Made by a program: the position numbers and the translations under genes
Part shown: piece by piece, positions 52,942 through 55,135 of the stretch
Layout of the letters: each line of letters starts with the position of its first letter
How positions within the stretch are numbered: the first letter of the stretch is position 1
From: a virus
Direction: 5' to 3' (one strand)
UHGV virus genome: UHGV-0258472
Length of the DNA stretch: 55,135 nucleotides
Notes under the pieces: generated by a model
Database searches by the model: none
What the model was told of the DNA's origin: nothing
Seen by the model: only the letters and a program-made list of their open reading frames with translations

Positions 52942-53031
52942 TCAATCCTGCATAGACATAGCCACCAGAAACATGCAAAGAATGAATCCAGCCGCCATAC
53001 CGCCTATAAACGTTAATATTGATGCAATCAT
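52942..53031 (-). CDS. micro-gene 1 of array: MIASILTFIGGMAAGFILCMFLVAMSMQD
   Basis: ATG 53031 with SD ggggtga, 2 nt after stop of 53034..53576. Confidence 0.4.
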   Translation of the reverse strand: MIASILTFIGGMAAGFILCMFLVAMSMQD

Positions 53032-53033
53032 AA

Positions 53034-53576
53034 TCACCCCCGTTTAAAGCTCATAACACGAGGTACAAGCGCTTCTTTTGCTTTCGGCTTACGTTTGCCT
53101 TTCTTAGCTGGTTTTTTCTCTTCTTTCGGCTGTTCTGCCTGTTCTAATGCCTGCTCAACGACTTCAGCCGCCTGCATTGCTGCAACCTGTGCTTCGTTTG
53201 ATTCTGCCAGGATAGGGAAAAATGCATCAAAGATGCGGCCTACCATGTAAGCGTAAGTCTCATTCGCCGGATGAGATGGATCAGTGGTAGCCACGACGCC
53301 TACATCACTTAAAACATGGAATGTGGTGTGAGCGCATTCATGTACCAGCGTTCCTAACTCATTGTCGAATACTGCGATCACGTAGAAGTTACCGCCTTTC
53401 TCACCAGTGCAAGTAAGCGTCAATCCTCCTGCCAGTTCGAAATCAGGCTCAATTGGAATTCCTGCCTTTTCGCAAAATTCATAAAACATCTCGCGGGTCG
53501 GGCAAAAGAAAACGGTTGTATGCTCAAAGAGCGGTACTTTGAATTGAGGCAATTTAATGCCTTTAGCCTTAGCCAT
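53034..53576 (-). CDS. hypothetical protein with HExxH motif (HECAHTTFH) and Lys-rich C-terminal tail
   Basis: ATG 53576 with SD aggag; possible zincin-like metal site; function unknown. Confidence 0.5.
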   Translation of the reverse strand: MAKAKGIKLPQFKVPLFEHTTVFFCPTREMFYEFCEKAGIPIEPDFELAGGLTLTCTGEKGGNFYVIAVFDNELGTLVHECAHTTFHVLSDVGVVATTDPSHPANETYAYMVGRIFDAFFPILAESNEAQVAAMQAAEVVEQALEQAEQPKEEKKPAKKGKRKPKAKEALVPRVMSFKRG

Positions 53577-53854
53577 CAGAATAATCTCCTATTCTGAAAA
53601 ATATAACCCCCGCAAAACTCGACACCGCAGGGAGTGAAAACAGCTATAAAACACTGAAAACGGCGCTTAATCAGTACCGTTTCCAGAATTTTATAAAATT
53701 GGTGAATGGCGCTTTCTTCTACCCAGGTAGCGCCGACCTGTTAATGGGACTGTTGATCCGGTATTACGTGTTTTTGACTTTTCCGCCGTCGCTCGCGGGA
53801 AGGATTGGCCCGGTTATGGCTGGCTGGCGGAAACGGCGACACGTCCACGCGCTG

Positions 53855-54325
53855 TTATTCTTTGCGTATGCACTGCGTCTTGATGTAGTCCTGCAATCCG
53901 GTGATCTTCGCGTCTTTCTCTTTTAGTTGTTCTCTGAGGGATAGATAAGCCGATTCAGCGTCGGGAGTGAGTCTACAGGCGGCTCCATCAATGCTGCTGG
54001 CGGTTCCGGTGGCGTCTGACACTCGCACGGGTATTGCGTTGACGTGCAACCGGATAGCACCGCTATCAATACCAGCACGCAGATCAGCAATGTCAGATCT
54101 GATAGCTTTAATTTCATCGTGATACCTCTTATCAAGTTTTGACAGTTCGGCGTTTCGCTCCTTCATCTGCTGAATAGTGTTACTTGCTGTTTTTAGTGCG
54201 CCCTGCGTAGTAGTTAGCTCGCTTTGCATTGTGTTTATCACTGACTGGCAGTGACTAAGCGCGGCAACAAGCCCAACAACGACACAAACGATAGCGGCGA
54301 TGATTAACGTCTTCACCTTGTCCAT
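53855..54325 (-). CDS. Rz-like i-spanin
   Basis: N-terminal TM anchor, coiled-coil periplasmic domain; ATG 54325 with SD ggggtga; follows endolysin. Confidence 0.7.
   Translation of the reverse strand: MDKVKTLIIAAIVCVVVGLVAALSHCQSVINTMQSELTTTQGALKTASNTIQQMKERNAELSKLDKRYHDEIKAIRSDIADLRAGIDSGAIRLHVNAIPVRVSDATGTASSIDGAACRLTPDAESAYLSLREQLKEKDAKITGLQDYIKTQCIRKE
53923..54117 (-). CDS. Rz1-like o-spanin lipoprotein embedded in Rz in the +1 frame
   Basis: ATG 54117 with SD aagaggt; lipobox LSGC, Pro-rich mature region; fully nested within Rz. Confidence 0.65.
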   Translation of the reverse strand: MKLKLSDLTLLICVLVLIAVLSGCTSTQYPCECQTPPEPPAALMEPPVDSLPTLNRLIYPSENN

Positions 54326-54804
54326 GTTTCACCCCATTCGCAAACGGCATATTCAACATCACGGCGGTTAACCAGGCCTTGCCACTTCTTACCGCCAGCG
54401 TATACCCAGCGTTTAAGCTGTGCGCACGCCTCTGATTTCTTGCCGTCATTGAGTAGCTTCAATAAGGTTGATGTTTTGAAGTTGGTAGCGCCTACGTTAT
54501 AGGCGAATGAATAAAGCGCCGCGCGGGTAAAATCTGATATTTCGACTTTAATATATGGGTCAATCGCTTTTGCGGTTTTGTGGAGATCCTTGTTTAACAA
54601 AGCATCGCATTCTGATTGCGTGTAAGTCTTACCAAGCATGATGTCTTTTCCGGTGTGACCATAGCAAACTGTCCATACGCCGATAACATCACGATAGGGA
54701 TCGTACTCCACGCCCTCTAATGGTTTAACCATCACCGCCGCAATAGCGATCGCCCCACCAGCCGCCGCAGCAATAATCTTATTCTTCAGCGATTGGCTAA
54801 TCAT
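54313..54804 (-). CDS. SAR-endolysin (lysozyme with N-terminal signal-anchor-release domain)
   Basis: N-terminal Ala/Gly-rich weakly hydrophobic segment followed by E-x8-D-x5-T-type lysozyme catalytic region ([22 protein letters not shown]); start set at ATG 54804 just after holin stop. Confidence 0.8.
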   Translation of the reverse strand: MISQSLKNKIIAAAAGGAIAIAAVMVKPLEGVEYDPYRDVIGVWTVCYGHTGKDIMLGKTYTQSECDALLNKDLHKTAKAIDPYIKVEISDFTRAALYSFAYNVGATNFKTSTLLKLLNDGKKSEACAQLKRWVYAGGKKWQGLVNRRDVEYAVCEWGETWTR

Positions 54805-54805
54805 G

Positions 54806-55006
54806 TTACTTATTCCCCATTCGCGCGTCGTGTTCCTCTTGCGCTCGCTTGTTCTCCTGTGATTTGAAGTAATAATTAACGGCAAATGTGCCTATGGTTG
54901 ATAAGATACCAACAAAGACGGCAATATCATTGATGGTTATCGCGCCGAAAAAAGCAGTTACGGCCCCAGTCACATACGCGCACGCCTCCCGTATTCTGTC
55001 GAACAT
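54806..55006 (-). CDS. class II holin (pinholin-like, two TM segments)
   Basis: 66 aa, two hydrophobic segments, charged C-terminus; ATG 55006 with SD ggaggt; pairs with a SAR endolysin. Confidence 0.65.
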   Translation of the reverse strand: MFDRIREACAYVTGAVTAFFGAITINDIAVFVGILSTIGTFAVNYYFKSQENKRAQEEHDARMGNK

Positions 55007-55026
55007 AGATTTACCTCCAACAAAGC

Positions 55027-55049
55027 AAAAACCCGGCGCGGTGCCGGGT
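55027..55049 (-). terminator. rho-independent terminator immediately upstream of holin (tR'-like)
   Basis: cccggcaccgcgccggg hairpin followed by tttttgctttg on minus strand, ~20 nt before holin SD. Confidence 0.5.
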
Positions 55050-55135
55050 AATTACAATTTCGCATTGTTAGGAAATATTTTAATCTATTTGTTTTTTATG
55101 CGCGATTATGTCTACAGTTTCCTGATTAACAGACC

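Noticed and set aside
53699-53926. Plus-strand ORF 53699..53926 downstream of Rz (possible bor-like position)
   Set aside because: Its first codon is TTG with no SD and it overlaps the Rz 3' end; no lipoprotein signal.

Overview
This 55,135-bp window reads as a temperate lambdoid siphovirus genome (or most of one) from an enterobacterial host, with an internal integrase plus attP-like region rather than prophage ends. Everything below comes from reading the sequence and the supplied ORF track; no database search or folding was run. Layout: a long minus-strand array of tightly overlapping small early genes (1-8.5 kb, running off the left edge), including RusA, NinG and a Q-like antiterminator; two adjacent DNA methyltransferases (8.7-11 kb); an Erf/SSB recombination module (14.4-15.5 kb); a CI-type repressor (16.4-17.1 kb); a plus-strand replication module (17.4-25 kb) with an iteron-containing initiator, a DnaB-type helicase and NinB; integrase (25.0-26.2 kb); and a minus-strand late region (26.5-55 kb) with side tail fiber, lambda-like J/I/K/L/M tail tip genes, tape measure, head genes, terminase and a holin / SAR-endolysin / Rz-Rz1 lysis cassette. 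The most unusual items are a tandem array of ten translationally coupled micro-genes for 22-32 aa hydrophobic peptides (52.1-53.0 kb), a quasi-palindromic motif CATTTTGTATA/TATACAAAATG recurring at gene junctions, four antisense moron cassettes inside the tail cluster, a triple zinc-ribbon plus GIY-YIG-like protein, and a family of small paralogous early proteins. Several ORF-track starts are non-ATG extensions; I moved starts to internal ATGs with Shine-Dalgarno support where I could check them, so small-gene starts remain approximate.
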